A stretch of 63,552 nucleotides of DNA, counting the filler, from Octopus bimaculoides (taxonomy: Eukaryota): the NCBI RefSeq assembly GCF_001194135.2. It is 6 parts of 6 records of this genome, joined end to end, with 100 filler letters (N's around TTAATTAATTAA, not from the genome) between each part and the next. Parts side by side here need not be neighbours in the genome. Positions count along the whole stretch, not along the records: positions 18,921 to 41,877 come from NC_068981.1; positions 41,978 to 54,626 come from NC_068990.1; 4 more parts are not named here. One strand, 5' to 3'. Shown one piece after another: positions 39,878-52,534 of the stretch (its first letter is position 1; the number at the start of each line of letters is the position of its first letter). Under the pieces are notes generated by a model. That model saw only the letters and a list, made by a program, of their open reading frames with translations, did not search any database and had not been told where the DNA came from. Position numbers and translations under genes: made by a program.

Positions 39878-41262
39878 GTGGGAATTATATAATATATGAT
39901 AGCTATAATAATTAAAACACCATGCATGTCTACTTGTTTCTCTCCAAGTATCATAGAAATTTTGTCATTCTAGAATATAGGTTTCTGTTCTTGAGAGGAG
40001 GAAAGAAGCAACAAATATTTAATCCTTTAGCTTTCAGATTACCCAGTCAAGTGTAAATTACACATTGTTTTGAATTAATCATGCATTAATCTTGTAGCTT
40101 CATGATTTCAATGATGTGATTGTTTATTTTTAGAAAAGCATTGTAGAATAGGTGTGAGAGGCTGGATCTTGTCAGTTTGAACACAAAACAGATAGAATAT
40201 TTGAGCAGGATATGGCCGGTTTAAATACTAAAGGGTTAATGAGATTGAGAGAGGTTTCTAAGAAAATGTGACTATATGAACAAAGAAAGAATAATAAAGG
40301 AAAGAAAGAATAAAGAGTAGAAAGAAAAAAATGAAAGAAAAGAATGATACAATAAATCTTGTCAATTAATCACCACTGGTGGCTTTTCTAGTTAATGGTA
40401 CATTTTTATAAAAGGAACATAAGTTTTGACACTTATTATCTTTATAGTGATTTATAATATGAGACTTAAAATGTTATCATAATACTATTAAATTAGACAT
40501 CTCAGAGAATGTTATCATGATAGCATTAAATTACGCATTTCATAAACTAATCAGTTATTCATTTCTTCTATATACCCACCTTTAACATTTACACATCACT
40601 TTCATCAGCCGCATCAATGTTAATGCCACCAACATCTAAGTACTTTAATTAAATTTTTAATACAATGTTCAAAATTCTTAACAGTAATATATTAATATTT
40701 TATCTTTTTAAATCTCATAATAAGCTAACATTTTATTAATATCATTATAACTACAGTATCCTATAGATAGTTACCATACATATGTTCTTTTCAGAAAAAA
40801 TAGAACAAAGACAAACTCTGCAAATTCTGAAACTGTAGGTAAAAATAAACAAAACCATAACAGACTCTAGTGTAGAGAATCATTAGAGAATTGGAAAAAT
40901 TACTTTGCAGTATTTGTTCTGGGATTTTTTACATTCTGAGTTCAAATATGGAGCTATCAAGGTATTTGAGAAAGTCCATTTCATATGTGCTCTTAATGCT
41001 TGTTGCATTTGTGCAACTGCTGCATACAAAGTCTAGTTTTTCCATTAGCCTGGCAGTGGTCACATGCTACCCTCATACTAAATTTGTCACTGAAATCATT
41101 GCTGACTCTCAACTTCACTTTCTGCATGTTTGTACATAACTTGTACAGCCCTCACAAGTCATTTGTCTATGCTTACTTAGTTTCCTTAGTGACCAACAAA
41201 TTACTGAACAAGGTACCCAGTAGAAGGCTGAGAATAGTGGTTTATATATATATATATATATA

Positions 41263-41414
41263 TATTATAATGGGGGAGGCTGGTTTATAGGTTTACTCTG
41301 AGTTTCTCATCCATAAGAGGTTTGGCTTTATGGTGTATCATCAGACCCCAAACCTGTTGGCCTAAGACCTCAGGCCTAGGATGACCCCATAAACTGGCCT
41401 CACCCATTATAATA
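41263..41414. mobile_element. ~150-bp element with 28-bp imperfect terminal inverted repeats, containing a hammerhead candidate
   Basis: tattataatgggggaggctggtttatag versus rc of ccataaactggcctcacccattataata (4 mismatches); abuts a (TA)n tract. Confidence 0.65.
41289..41349 (-). ncRNA. Candidate type I hammerhead ribozyme
   Basis: Minus strand ggggt-CUGAUGA-uacaccauaa...uuauggauga-GAAA-cucagag-UA-aaccu; complete core, 6-bp ccauaa/uuaugg in stem II, near-palindromic stem III, weak stem I. Confidence 0.55.
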
Positions 41415-41833
41415 TTAACTGCTATACATCTTAGAATGAGCTTCTTCTCTGGATGTATGTTTTTCTGCAAACGATGTATATATGTAACATATGTATATAA
41501 TTATACGGTATAATTATAAACAGGGCCAATTTTAGCCATTTCTCTGCAGACTGAAAAAAAATGATGAACATCCTTAATCAATTTTTGAAACTTATTGAGT
41601 TTTTATCAGAGGCATCTACATCATTCTTACAGTCTCCAGATAAGCAAGCAGTCAAACTGTTTATATACTCAACAAATGCAGCAGTTACTATATGAAGGAT
41701 TCCCTAATTTGCATACCGAAAGTGTTTAACACTCTATAAATACCAGCAGCCTGTCAACGGGGATCTTAGTCCATACACTATCAAGGTATGATATAATATA
41801 CATGCAACATAATATATACATATATATATATAT

Positions 41834-41877
<44 letters not shown>

Positions 41878-41977
41878 NNNNNNNNNNNNNNNNNNNNNNN
41901 NNNNNNNNNNNNNNNNNNNNNTTAATTAATTAANNNNNNNNNNNNNNNNNNNNNNNNNNNNNNNNNNNNNNNNNNNN
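41878..41977. other. Artificial scaffold linker
   Basis: 44N-TTAATTAATTAA-44N. Confidence 0.95.
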
Positions 41978-42406
41978 ATATATACATATACACACACGCA
42001 CATACATATATATGTATGTGTGTATATACAAAACAGACAAGTAAATAATATGTTAGTGGGGTTACACTCAGTGACTTGTTAGCTGTAGATGAACTGAAAG
42101 ATATTTAGTTAGAAAAGAATAAATTAGAACAAAGTTAATATACAAATATAGAAAGAGAGAAACTAAATTTCGAAGAAGATAATGTATATACACAATCTGA
42201 TTTCCGAAATACGATATAAATGTGTGTGTATATGTGTGTACAATTATGTACTTACTTATAAACACATGCATATACACACACATACACACTTATAAACACA
42301 CTCACATATATATATATACATGTAAGTATGTGTATGTGTGTGTGTGCATATTTATATATATATGTACATACACACACTTGTATATGCAGATGAATAACTA
42401 TATTAT

Positions 42407-42479
<73 letters not shown>

Positions 42480-42703
42480 CACACACATACATACACACAT
42501 TATATACATATATGTATGCGTATATACGTGTGTGTGGGTGCGTTGTGTGTGTATGTGCATAATTACCTACATATGTGTACATACGCGAATACAACGCACG
42601 CAGATATAATTGTATGCGTGCGTGTCAGTATTTGTGTATATATATTGTATGTGTGTGGATATGTACGTATATATGTATGTATGTCTATATGTAAATATAT
42701 AAA

Positions 42704-42740
<37 letters not shown>

Positions 42741-42859
42741 ATGTGTGTGTGGATGTGTGTGTGGATGTGTGTTTATAATTTTCCGATATTAAACTTGAAT
42801 CAAGATCACTAGTAAATAAGAAATAGTTACAGCTACCATTACCAAATGGTGAGTTACAA

Positions 42860-43270
42860 AGGGGAGAGGTGAAAGAGGGAGGAAGGGAGTAAAGAAAGAA
42901 AATAAAAAAGAAAGAAAGAAGGAAGGAAGAAAGGAAGGAAGGAAGGAAGGAAGGAAGGAAGGAAGGAAGGAAGGAAGGAAGGGAGAATGAAACAAGAAAG
43001 GAAGATAATGAAAGAATGAATGATTGCAAAAGGAAAGAAATAAAGAAACGAAAAGGGAAGGAAAGAAGCAATGTACGAACGAACAAACGAACGAAAGAAG
43101 AACGGAAGGAACGAAGGAAAAAAGAACGGAACGAACAAACGAACGAACGAAAGGCGAAGGATAAGGGAAAAGGAGGAGAAAGAAGGAAGGAAAGAATGAA
43201 AAAGAAAAAGAAAGATAGAAAGAAAGAAATAATTGAAGAAATAAATAAACAAACAAGCAAACAAAGCAAA
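42860..43270. repeat. Purine-rich compound microsatellite (AAAG/GAAG/GAAC/AAAC)n
   Basis: Direct reading; explains the F/L/S-rich and K/E/R-rich ORFs in the track. Confidence 0.9.
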
Positions 43271-43466
43271 CAGCAAATTTTGTTGGAGTGATAGTCACAC
43301 TGGTGGTTAAACCCTATTTTTTTCTTTGGGCCGCTTGAAATCCAAACACTGAGTCTTAGAACATCGTTTTTTTGTTTTTGTTCTTCATGTTTTTTTTTCT
43401 TTTAACCAATGGAGTCATCTCACAGGAAAACTAACAAAGAACTTTAAAAAGAAAAGCTAGTTAAGA

Positions 43467-43786
43467 ATGTCTCAACGGGTTCTGAGATATATTTTGAAAC
43501 GATTTGATAGATATACAAACAAAACAACTGAGTCACATTATCAAATTTATTAAGAATTCGCTGCAATGAATTGAACAAGACACGTCCAGAAAATGCATGG
43601 ATACAGGTAAGTGATAAAACTATCAAGATGAATTCCGATGGATTGCAAAAGAAACAGCAGATGATAATGAACGAGATGGTGGAATGGATTGATTATATTG
43701 AAGGTGAGAAACTCAAAATTGAAAGTTGCGCAGAAACAAGGGTGGAGAAGAAAGATTTTACAAGTCCTTTGGTATTGCACTGGTGA
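43467..43786 (+). pseudogene. Unidentified frameshifted coding-like segment (~105 aa)
   Basis: MSQRVLRYILKRFDRYTNKTTESHYQI joins LRIRCNELNKTRPENAWIQ...EWIDYIEGEKLKIESCAE... through one 1-bp shift near 43547; non-repetitive; family not recognised. Confidence 0.3.
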
Positions 43787-45794
43787 AGTTTGGAAGATTG
43801 TAATGTTGTCTTCATGTAGCTGACTAGAAATTTTAAGAATTTAAAGTAAAGAATAAAATTAATTATGTGAATTTTATGCATACTTTTCCTTGTAATTTTT
43901 TATTTCGATTTTCAAATTTTTAATCTTCCTTGTAATTATGACAAAATTATTAACTCTCTTATAATGGCTGTGACCATTAGAGGGACCACGTAATGCATTA
44001 TTGCTTTTGTTTTTTTTGTTTTCTTTTCATGCATAACTGTCATGATGGTTTCTATCGATGCCCACCATATGCTTTTTGTTTGTTTGTTTTTGTTTATTGT
44101 TGTGTAGAAATTCTTGTCAACCTCCAAAATGTGTGCTAGAAACGTGAATTGAGTATACCAGCATGGTATCTAAACTTAAAATTCATTCCTATTGTCTTTT
44201 GTAGTTTATGAAATCAGGCCACTCCAAAGATCATGCAGTAATGTTCCCACTTCTGGGACGGTGCTGCCTCTACACATGCAGAAACATCTCGGAGTGTTTC
44301 CAAAGGAAAACCGCCCGACTGATCTGTGTGGAGTCACCAACACACTCCAGCCTCTAACTCAAAGATTTGCTGTCTCATCCCGTCACCTTTACAACCGCTA
44401 CTACAATAGTCTCTGTTCCTTACTAGCTAGTCTTGTGACTCAGCAATTCAATATTTCTCTTCCAAAATAGTTATTATGAAACAGACGGCCAATTTTTTTT
44501 ATCTGCTTCACAGTTTCCTTTCACTAAATTTATTCTGCCTCCAAACAAAACTTCTAACATATTAGCAAACGAGAGATCATCTAATTAGTCGTTCAATCTG
44601 CTAAAATTAGCAGCCAAACAGCAGTTTATTTTAAGTTCTGAGTTCGACACCTCCTGTGATTTGACTTTACCATATATCCTTCCGGGAATGATAAAATAAT
44701 TATCACTCACTTACTGGAGTGGGCAAAAGAAATTCTTTTCTCCCACGACAAATTGTGTGACTTTTGTTAAGTACTTTAAAACACAACAGAGTTGTTGACG
44801 TTAAATTTTGTGACAGCAGCAGTTCTGTATCCAACTGGCGACAACAATATGAAGTAGATTTAAACAGCAATACATTATGTGACGCGTAATAGTTCTTGCT
44901 AAATGACAGGAGGTATGAAATTTAATGTAAAAATAAAATTTGAAATATTAAAAAAAAAAGTGGACGGTGGTGGTGTTGTAATTGAAATCTTGTGCAACGT
45001 ACCGCCATCAAAATGTTGTTCATCACTCAGATTATAAGATTTAATGCAATAGTTATACTAATATAATCTATTATGCCTTTGTTCTAGACTAGAAAAGCGC
45101 CACGAGGCTATTGGCACTGCTCACCTCACGAACTCAAGTAAAAGGGGTTAGGAAGACCATTTGCGATAGTTAAAATGACCAGGAAGATTTGGATTGAGAT
45201 AACGAAACTGAATTTAGTTTTATGAGATTGATCGAAAGGAATAAAAGAAGAAAGAAGCCAACGTCAACTGCCTCAATGGAACCGCTACGTACCTTGCCAG
45301 AAGCAAAGAAGTAGAATGGATACATGAGAAATACCCATTTGTAATTTTAACATCTAGACTACTAACCCCCGACAGAAGAGAAATATAATTCTCTTTGTTA
45401 TGGTTGTTGTTATCGTCGTCGTAATCGTCGTCGCGGTCGTCAAATAGAAAGGAAAAGAAATCGATGACAATGTAGTTATGAATGCTTCAGGTCAAGATTA
45501 GCGGAAACATTTGGATTTGGCAAGAACTGTTAAGTAATAATAGAATTTTAACATTAGAACGTCCTGGGGAAAATATTCGTTTGGAAGCAAAGTTTGGTAA
45601 TGAAATAAATTTAGTGTAGTCATTTTAAGTCATTTTAAGTCGTTTTAAGTCGTTTTAAACTGTTTCGATGACGGTGACAGACAGTTCTAATAGTCGTAAA
45701 AGTTATGGAGTATATTGCTTGTGTCCAGTGGATATAAAAGGCAGGAGATTTTTCGTTTCCTGAATGCTCAGACATTGTTTGAAGTGTTATATTA

Positions 45795-45795
45795 C

Positions 45796-45865
<70 letters not shown>

Positions 45866-46320
45866 TGTGAGTGAGTATGTGCGTACGTGTGTTGGTTGGT
45901 GTGTGTGAGTATGCGTGTGTGTGTGTGTGTGTGTGTGTGAGTGTGTGTGTATGAGTGTGTGTGAGTGTGAGTGTGAGTGTGAGTGTGTGCGTGTGTGTGT
46001 ATGTGTGATGGATGATGTGCGTGTGAGAGAGAGAGAGACGATGATTGATGTGTGTGTGAGTGTGACGGTGTGTGTGAGTATGTGTGTGTGTGAATGACAG
46101 TATGTATGAGTGTGTGTGAGTGTGATGGTGTGTGTGTGTTACGATGTGTGTGTGTGTGTGTGTGTGTGCATGAGACGGTGTGTATGTGTGTGCATGAGAA
46201 GATGTGTGTGTTTGTAACGTTGTGTGTGCATGACGATGCGTGTGTAGGTGTGTGTGAGTATGTGTGAGAGTGACTGTACGTGTGAATATGGCAGTGTGGG
46301 TGTGAGTGTAGGTGTGTGGT
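45795..46320. repeat. Long degenerate (GT)n/(GTGA)n tract
   Basis: Direct reading. Confidence 0.9.
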
Positions 46321-47122
46321 GGTTTTATCCTAGAAGACGAGGCGACGACATGAATAAAATAGTTATTAGTAATAATAATAAACATCAACAATGAGGAGAG
46401 CTCGAAGTTATTTCACAACTAAAGCCACGAAGGAGACCGTAAGAAGACAAATAACTACACCACCATTACCAACATCAAAAACATCAAAAACAACAACAAC
46501 AACAACATAAACAGAAATCTCTCATCTATTCTAATTTGCGAAGTTATTATCTCCTACTTTACTCATAAATAATCAAGCAAGGATCACAACACTAATATCA
46601 CTAAACGAAAAATAAAGAAACTGAAACACGCTAAAAGCAAACAAATATAAAAAAAACCGACATAATAACGACAACAACAAATCTTTCGCGCAAAGTCAAA
46701 CGATATTCCGGCCACCATTTTCTTTGCATTTGCTTTTCTCTTGAAAGCCGTTATGTATTTCTCTCTCTCAGTGTTGATTCCTTCGTTTTAATATCCTGTC
46801 TTTGAAGATTCTCTTTATCGTCTGCTCAACTACTTGATGTCCATACACAAAATGAACCTTTAACCTAAAATTGTGGCAATCAATCTCTCTTTCCTGATTT
46901 CTCACCCGGAACATTTTCTTTTCGTTTTGCAGATAGTTCAGTTTTTGTTTGCTAAATTAGGTTTCAAACTTAGATATATCTCGGCTGTTGTTTACATCTG
47001 ATAAAAACAAACAAATCAAATTTGACCTCTCGTTGTCTCCCAGTCTACGGAGAGTTATGTGTGCATTTGTCTATTCTACACAAATAAAACAATTTCTCTT
47101 TCACTATCTTTGTCACATCATA

Positions 47123-47163
<41 letters not shown>

Positions 47164-47221
47164 AGGGGAGTGGGGGAGAGAGGGGGGGGAGAGAGACAGG
47201 GGAGAGAGAGANNNNNNNNNN

Positions 47222-47260
<39 letters not shown>

Positions 47261-47670
47261 CATACATGCATACATACATATTTATGCATATACATACATA
47301 TATTCATAAATACATACAAACATAATATACATACATGCACACGTACATGCGTGCGTACATACATACATATATACACACGTACGCGCATATGTACGTACAT
47401 ACCTATCTACCTACCTCCATACATACATACATACATACATACATAGCGACAACAAACTTCAATAAGTTGATTCCTTTGAAAATTATTCGCCACTGGTGCC
47501 ATGTTCTATCTTAATGGTAGAACTTAGCCACATAATTCATAGATATAGATTTTCTAAGGAATGGCCCTGAGACAGACAGTCCGAAGAATTATAGTTTAGA
47601 AATGTACACACAAACAAATATACATAAATGTAAACAGTGAGGCAGATAGACAGACAGGGAGACATATGTT

Positions 47671-47736
<66 letters not shown>

Positions 47737-47758
47737 CGGTGTGTGTGTATGCATGAGA

Positions 47759-47790
<32 letters not shown>

Positions 47791-47799
47791 GTATATCAC

Positions 47800-47832
<33 letters not shown>

Positions 47833-48334
47833 TGTATGCATATGTATATGTGTGTATGTATATATGTAAGTATATATATGAACATATATACATTCTTAGA
47901 TACATACGTAGATGTACATACACAAATACACACAACACACACATGCTTACGCTCACACACACGCGTTTATTTATATCCATATATACGTGTACACGTCCGT
48001 ACATAAATATATGCATACGTACATTTAAACATACACACGCATACATACATATAGGCATAAATACATATAGACATGGAGACACACAGGCAGGCTGAGAGAC
48101 ACGCAGCCAGGCTGAGAGACAAGTAGAAAGACAGAAATGCGTTTATATAAATCTTTTGTCGATTTATTTTTGTTGAGGACGCAATCATCGTCTAGAAAAT
48201 CGAAAACCTGGTGCATTCCGATGAAACTTCTAATATTTGTTCTGCGCCAAGCTACACACTCCTTTGTACTTTCCATTGTTATAAATATAGAAAACTAGAA
48301 GCTAGCTGGTACTTCAGAAACCTATAACAAACCA

Positions 48335-48745
48335 TTGTATGGCTCACTAGTCGTAATACCTTTGGCAAGTGTCTTTTACTATAACCTCGAGCTAACCGAA
48401 AACCTGTGAGTAGATTTGGTAGATAGAAACTGAAAGAAACTTTGAAGGCAGCGAGCTGGCAGAAACGTTAGCACGCCGGGCGAAATGCTTCGCGGTATTT
48501 TGTCTGCCGTTACTTTCTGAGTTCAAATTCCACCGAGGGCCACTTTGCCTTTCATCCTTTCTGGAACAATTAAATAAATACCAGTTACACACTGGGGTCG
48601 ATATAATCGACTCAATCTCTATGTCTGTCCTTGTTTGCCCCCTCTATGTTGAGCCCTTTGTGGGCAATAAGGAAACTGAAAGAAACTCGTCGTATATAGC
48701 GCGCGCGCGCCTGTGTTTGTGTGTGTGTCATTGTGTGTGCGTTTG
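48335..48745 (+). mobile_element. SINE family B with nested family A SINE (48445-48670)
   Basis: ctttggcaagtgtcttttactataacc...gtgagtagatttggtagata, gaaactgaaagaaact (48426-48441), family A body, gaaactgaaagaaact (48672-48687), then cgtcg. Confidence 0.9.
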
Positions 48746-48844
48746 TCCCCCAGCTAGAAAGACAATGAAATATTATCTTCATGAAGATACCTTTCTAACT
48801 TCATTATCGCCACATCAGCCATCCTCCTCCTCCTCATCATCATC

Positions 48845-49105
48845 ATAATCATAATCAACCCCTGACTCCTAGGAGTCATAGGACTCATAGGCCCAGTTTT
48901 CACGGTGAATAAATGACCGCAGTCACAACATTTCCCCCCTGAACGGTATATCAGTCTGTCGCAAGATACATATTTACAGCTGAGTGGACTGAAATAAAGA
49001 GAAATGCGTTTTACTCAAGAACACAACTCCCTGCATGGTCCGGGAATCAAGACCACGATCTTACGATCTTGAATAGAACACCCTAACCAGTAGGTTATGC
49101 GCCTT
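48845..49105 (-). mobile_element. tRNA-derived SINE with CORE-like middle and (ATG/ATT)n tail
   Basis: Minus head aggcgcataacctactggttagggtgttc...ggtcttgattcccggacc; middle ttcttgagtaaaacgcattt...agtccactcagctgtaaat; the CORE-like label is from recalled similarity. Confidence 0.7.
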
Positions 49106-49224
49106 TACGTTATTCTAATGTCTATGTAAAATATGGGAGGTTTTTCTGTCGCATTCTTTCTGAACACTGTGAATATTTAGGAAAAAAATTGGGGGTTTTT
49201 TGAGAAACAAATTTGATGCAGAGT

Positions 49225-49550
49225 AAATTGGCATTCCGTCGGCTGCAACGACGAGTGATCCAGTTGATTCGATCAACGGAACAGCCTGCTTGTCAAATTA
49301 ACTTACAAGTGGCTGAGGATTCCACTAACACGCATACCTTAACGTAGTTTTCAGGGGGATTCAGAGTAACACATAATGAGACAAGGCCGGTCCTTTGAAT
49401 TACAGATAAAATTCATTTTTGTCAGCTGAGTGGACTGGAGCAACGAGAAATAAAGTGTCCTGCTCAAGGACACAACGCTCCGCTAGGAAACGAAGTCACG
49501 ACCTTAGGATCATGAACCGAATTCCCTAACCACAAAGCCAGGATCAGCCG
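49225..49550 (-). mobile_element. SINE, family C-type 3' half with CORE-like middle
   Basis: gatcaacggaacagcctgc shared with 11470-11500; tgtgtccttgagcaggacactttatttc...ctccagtccactcagctg on minus strand. Confidence 0.8.
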
Positions 49551-49899
49551 CCAATATTAGTGAAAATTTATATTTTGTGCGCGCACCGATGTATTGTTCA
49601 TTAAAAGACAAAATGAAATAGGCAGCCATATAAATGTTCTTCCTTCACCATAAAGTTGAACATGTGTTCAAAATTTCAAAATCATTTTATTCAACATGGC
49701 AATACGTTGGCTAACTTTTTAAACCTTAAGGAAATTACCAATCCACTGGTATAGATTATGATAACCACTGGTATAAATTATAAAAGAATATCACGTGATC
49801 ATGTGATGACCAGACTATCAAATTTTGTTATACATCGCTGGTCACAATGCACTTTGCATTATTCTAGGTTTCGGATGAAGCCACCCCGCTGGCTCAACA

Positions 49900-50045
49900 T
49901 TCTCACTGATCAGAAAGCTGATCGGTCGTAGGGTTACCCATTTACAGCTGAATGGACTGGAGCAACGTGAAGTGAAGTGTTTTGCTCAAGAATACAATGC
50001 ACACTCGGTCTGGGAATCGAAACCACGATCTAACCACTCGGCCAG
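49900..50045 (-). mobile_element. SINE head plus CORE-like fragment
   Basis: rc gtggttagatcgtggtttcgattcccagacc...ttcttgagcaaaacacttc...ctccagtccattcagctgtaaatgggtaacc. Confidence 0.75.
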
Positions 50046-50162
50046 AATATGAGGACCTTAAATATATTTTCATCTTTACTGATATTGTGAAAGTTTCGCG
50101 GCTGACAGTTTTTATTAAGCAAGAAATATATTAGAGTTTAGATCAATTTTTTCAATTGTATG

Positions 50163-50221
<59 letters not shown>

Positions 50222-50644
50222 NNNNNNNNNNNNNNNNNNNNNNNNNNNNNNNNNNNNNNNNNNNNNNNNNNNNNNNNNNNNNNNNNNNNNNNNNNNNNNN
50301 NNNNNNNNNNNNNNNNNNNNNNNNNNNNNNNNNNNNNNNNNNNNNNNNNNNNNNNNNNNNNNNNNNNNNNNNNNNNNNNNNNNNNNNNNNNNNNNNNNNN
50401 NNNNNNNNNNNNNNNNNNNNNNNNNNNNNNNNNNNNNNNNNNNNNNNNNNNNNNNNNNNNNNNNNNNNNNNNNNNNNNNNNNNNNNNNNNNNNNNNNNNN
50501 NNNNNNNNNNNNNNNNNNNNNNNNNNNNNNNNNNNNNNNNNNNNNNNNNNNNNNNNNNNNNNNNNNNNNNNNNNNNNNNNNNNNNNNNNNNNNNNNNNNT
50601 ATATATATATATATACATACATATATATATACATATATATATAT

Positions 50645-50790
50645 AAACGACGGGCTTCTTTCAGTTTCAGTCCACCAAATCCACTCACAAGGATTAGATC
50701 GGCCCAAGGTTATAGTAGAAGACACTTGCCAAGGTGCCTCGCAGTGGGACTGAACCCAGAACCATGTGGCTGGGAAGCAAGCTTCTTTAT
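50645..50790 (-). mobile_element. SINE family B 5' half
   Basis: cgacgggcttctttcagtttc...ccactcacaagg...tagtagaagacacttgccaaggtgcc...gggactgaacccagaaccatgtgg. Confidence 0.9.
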
Positions 50791-50940
50791 TTCATTGAAT
50801 CGGCCACCAGGGCTGTACATAGAATGACAAGATGCCAGGGCTGGACAAATACATTAATGAGAGATGAGAAAAAGACATGGATGAAAAGAATGAGAGGGGC
50901 ACCAGCGCCCCTTCTTACCATACAGCAACTCCTGCGCCTA

Positions 50941-50941
50941 T

Positions 50942-51016
<75 letters not shown>
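50941..51016. repeat. (TAGA)n microsatellite
   Basis: Direct reading. Confidence 0.95.
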
Positions 51017-51017
<1 letters not shown>

Positions 51018-51380
51018 GTCTGTAGCTATACAGACATACTCCACACCCACTCCTGTGTCATATTATGCATTTATTTAGTAATAATCTCGACGTTACCTCC
51101 TCGTAGCTGAGGAGGTATAATACGGCAGAAATATGTTCTGAGCTATCTTCCGTAGTTTACGAAATGATGTAACCAATGTTAGGCATTGAGCTATGGTATC
51201 ATTTTGTTACAATCTTATTATTTTTAATTATATATTCTTTTATGTTTATTACATTAGATAAGTTAACATTAACTTAATTATAGAAAATAAAATTAGACTT
51301 CGTCACTATCTATACCTACTTAAACTTCATGTTTTTTAGCTAACTGCTGAGAAATTCAAAATGTAAAACACATCATGCAA

Positions 51381-52082
51381 AGACATGTGTCTGTGTGGTA
51401 AGATGTTCAATTCATAATTACATGGTTCAGTCCCGCTGCATGGCACCTTGAGCAAATGTTTTCTACTATAGCCCTGGGTCGACCAATGTCTTGTGAGTGG
51501 ATTTGGTAGACGGAAACTGAAAAAAGCTCGCCGTATTTGTTTGTGCGTGTGTGTGTGNNNNNNNNNNNNNNNNNNNNNNNNNNNNNNNNNNNNNNNNNNN
51601 NNNNNNNNNNNNNNNNNNNNNNNNNNNNNNNNNNNNNNNNNNNNNNNNNNNNNNNNNNNNNNNNNNNNNNNNNNNNNNNNNNNNNNNNNNNNNNNNNNNN
51701 NNNNNNNNNNNNNNNNNNNNNNNNNNNNNNNNNNNNNNNNNNNNNNNNNNNNNNNNNNNNNNNNNNNNNNNNNNNNNNNNNNNNNNNNNNNNNNNNNNNN
51801 NNNNNNNNNNNNNNNNNNNNNNNNNNNNNNNNNNNNNNNNNNNNNNNNNNNNNNNNNNNNNNNNNNNNNNNNNNNNNNNNNNNNNNNNNNNGTGCGCGCG
51901 TCTTTTTGTTTGTGTCTGTCACTCCCACCACAGCTGGTCAATCGGCATTAGTTTGTTCACGTTCCTGTAACTTAACGATTCGCCAGAAGAATCTGATAAA
52001 ATAAGTACCAAATGTTTAATATAGTAAAACACTTCAACGCGGCTTCTCAGCATGACCGCAGTTCAATGAATGAAACAAGTAA
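51381..52082 (+). mobile_element. SINE family B, bipartite, with an N gap at the internal microsatellite
   Basis: Head/core 51381-51535; 3' module 51900-52082. Confidence 0.85.
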
Positions 52083-52321
52083 ACGCTAAAGGTGTTTTAC
52101 GGTTGTAAAACTTCAGTTTATTGGTCGGTTGTGGCCGTTTAGTGTGTTCAGAGGTCAAACTGTTATTCGAAGACAGATACCAAATGTCGTGTAGAAAGAG
52201 CTCGTACAATTTGAACTCTAGTTCAGCTGTTTGGAAGAGAATTACAGAGGGTAACCTCTTCCCCTTTCTATGACTTATAAAACAGGTCATACCACCAGCT
52301 CTTCTCTCTATCGTATGTCAT

Positions 52322-52534
52322 AACAACACTGATTTCAAATTTTGGCACAAAACCAGCAATTTCGAAGGAAGGGATAAGTCGATTGCTTCGACCTCAGTGT
52401 TCAACTGGTACTTATTTTATCGACGCAGAAGGGATGAAAGACAAAATCGACCTCGGAGGAATTTGAACTCTTTCTGTCGAAATGCCGCTAAGCTTTTTGC
52501 CCGGCCTGCTCACGATTCTGCCAGCTCGCCGCCT
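52322..52534 (-). mobile_element. SINE family A with a third tail type
   Basis: Head rc aaggcggcgagctggcagaatcgtgagc; tail rc ccttcgaaattgctggttttgtgccaaaatttgaaatcagtgttgtt. Confidence 0.8.

Noticed and set aside
42685-43298. F/L/S-rich membrane-protein-like ORFs
   Set aside because: They are the reverse complement of the (AAAG/GAAG)n microsatellite
45619-45658. 10-bp unit x4 (gtcattttaa/gtcgttttaa), and a 17-bp tandem duplication near 17631
   Set aside because: Ordinary slippage duplications with no spacers, so not CRISPR-like
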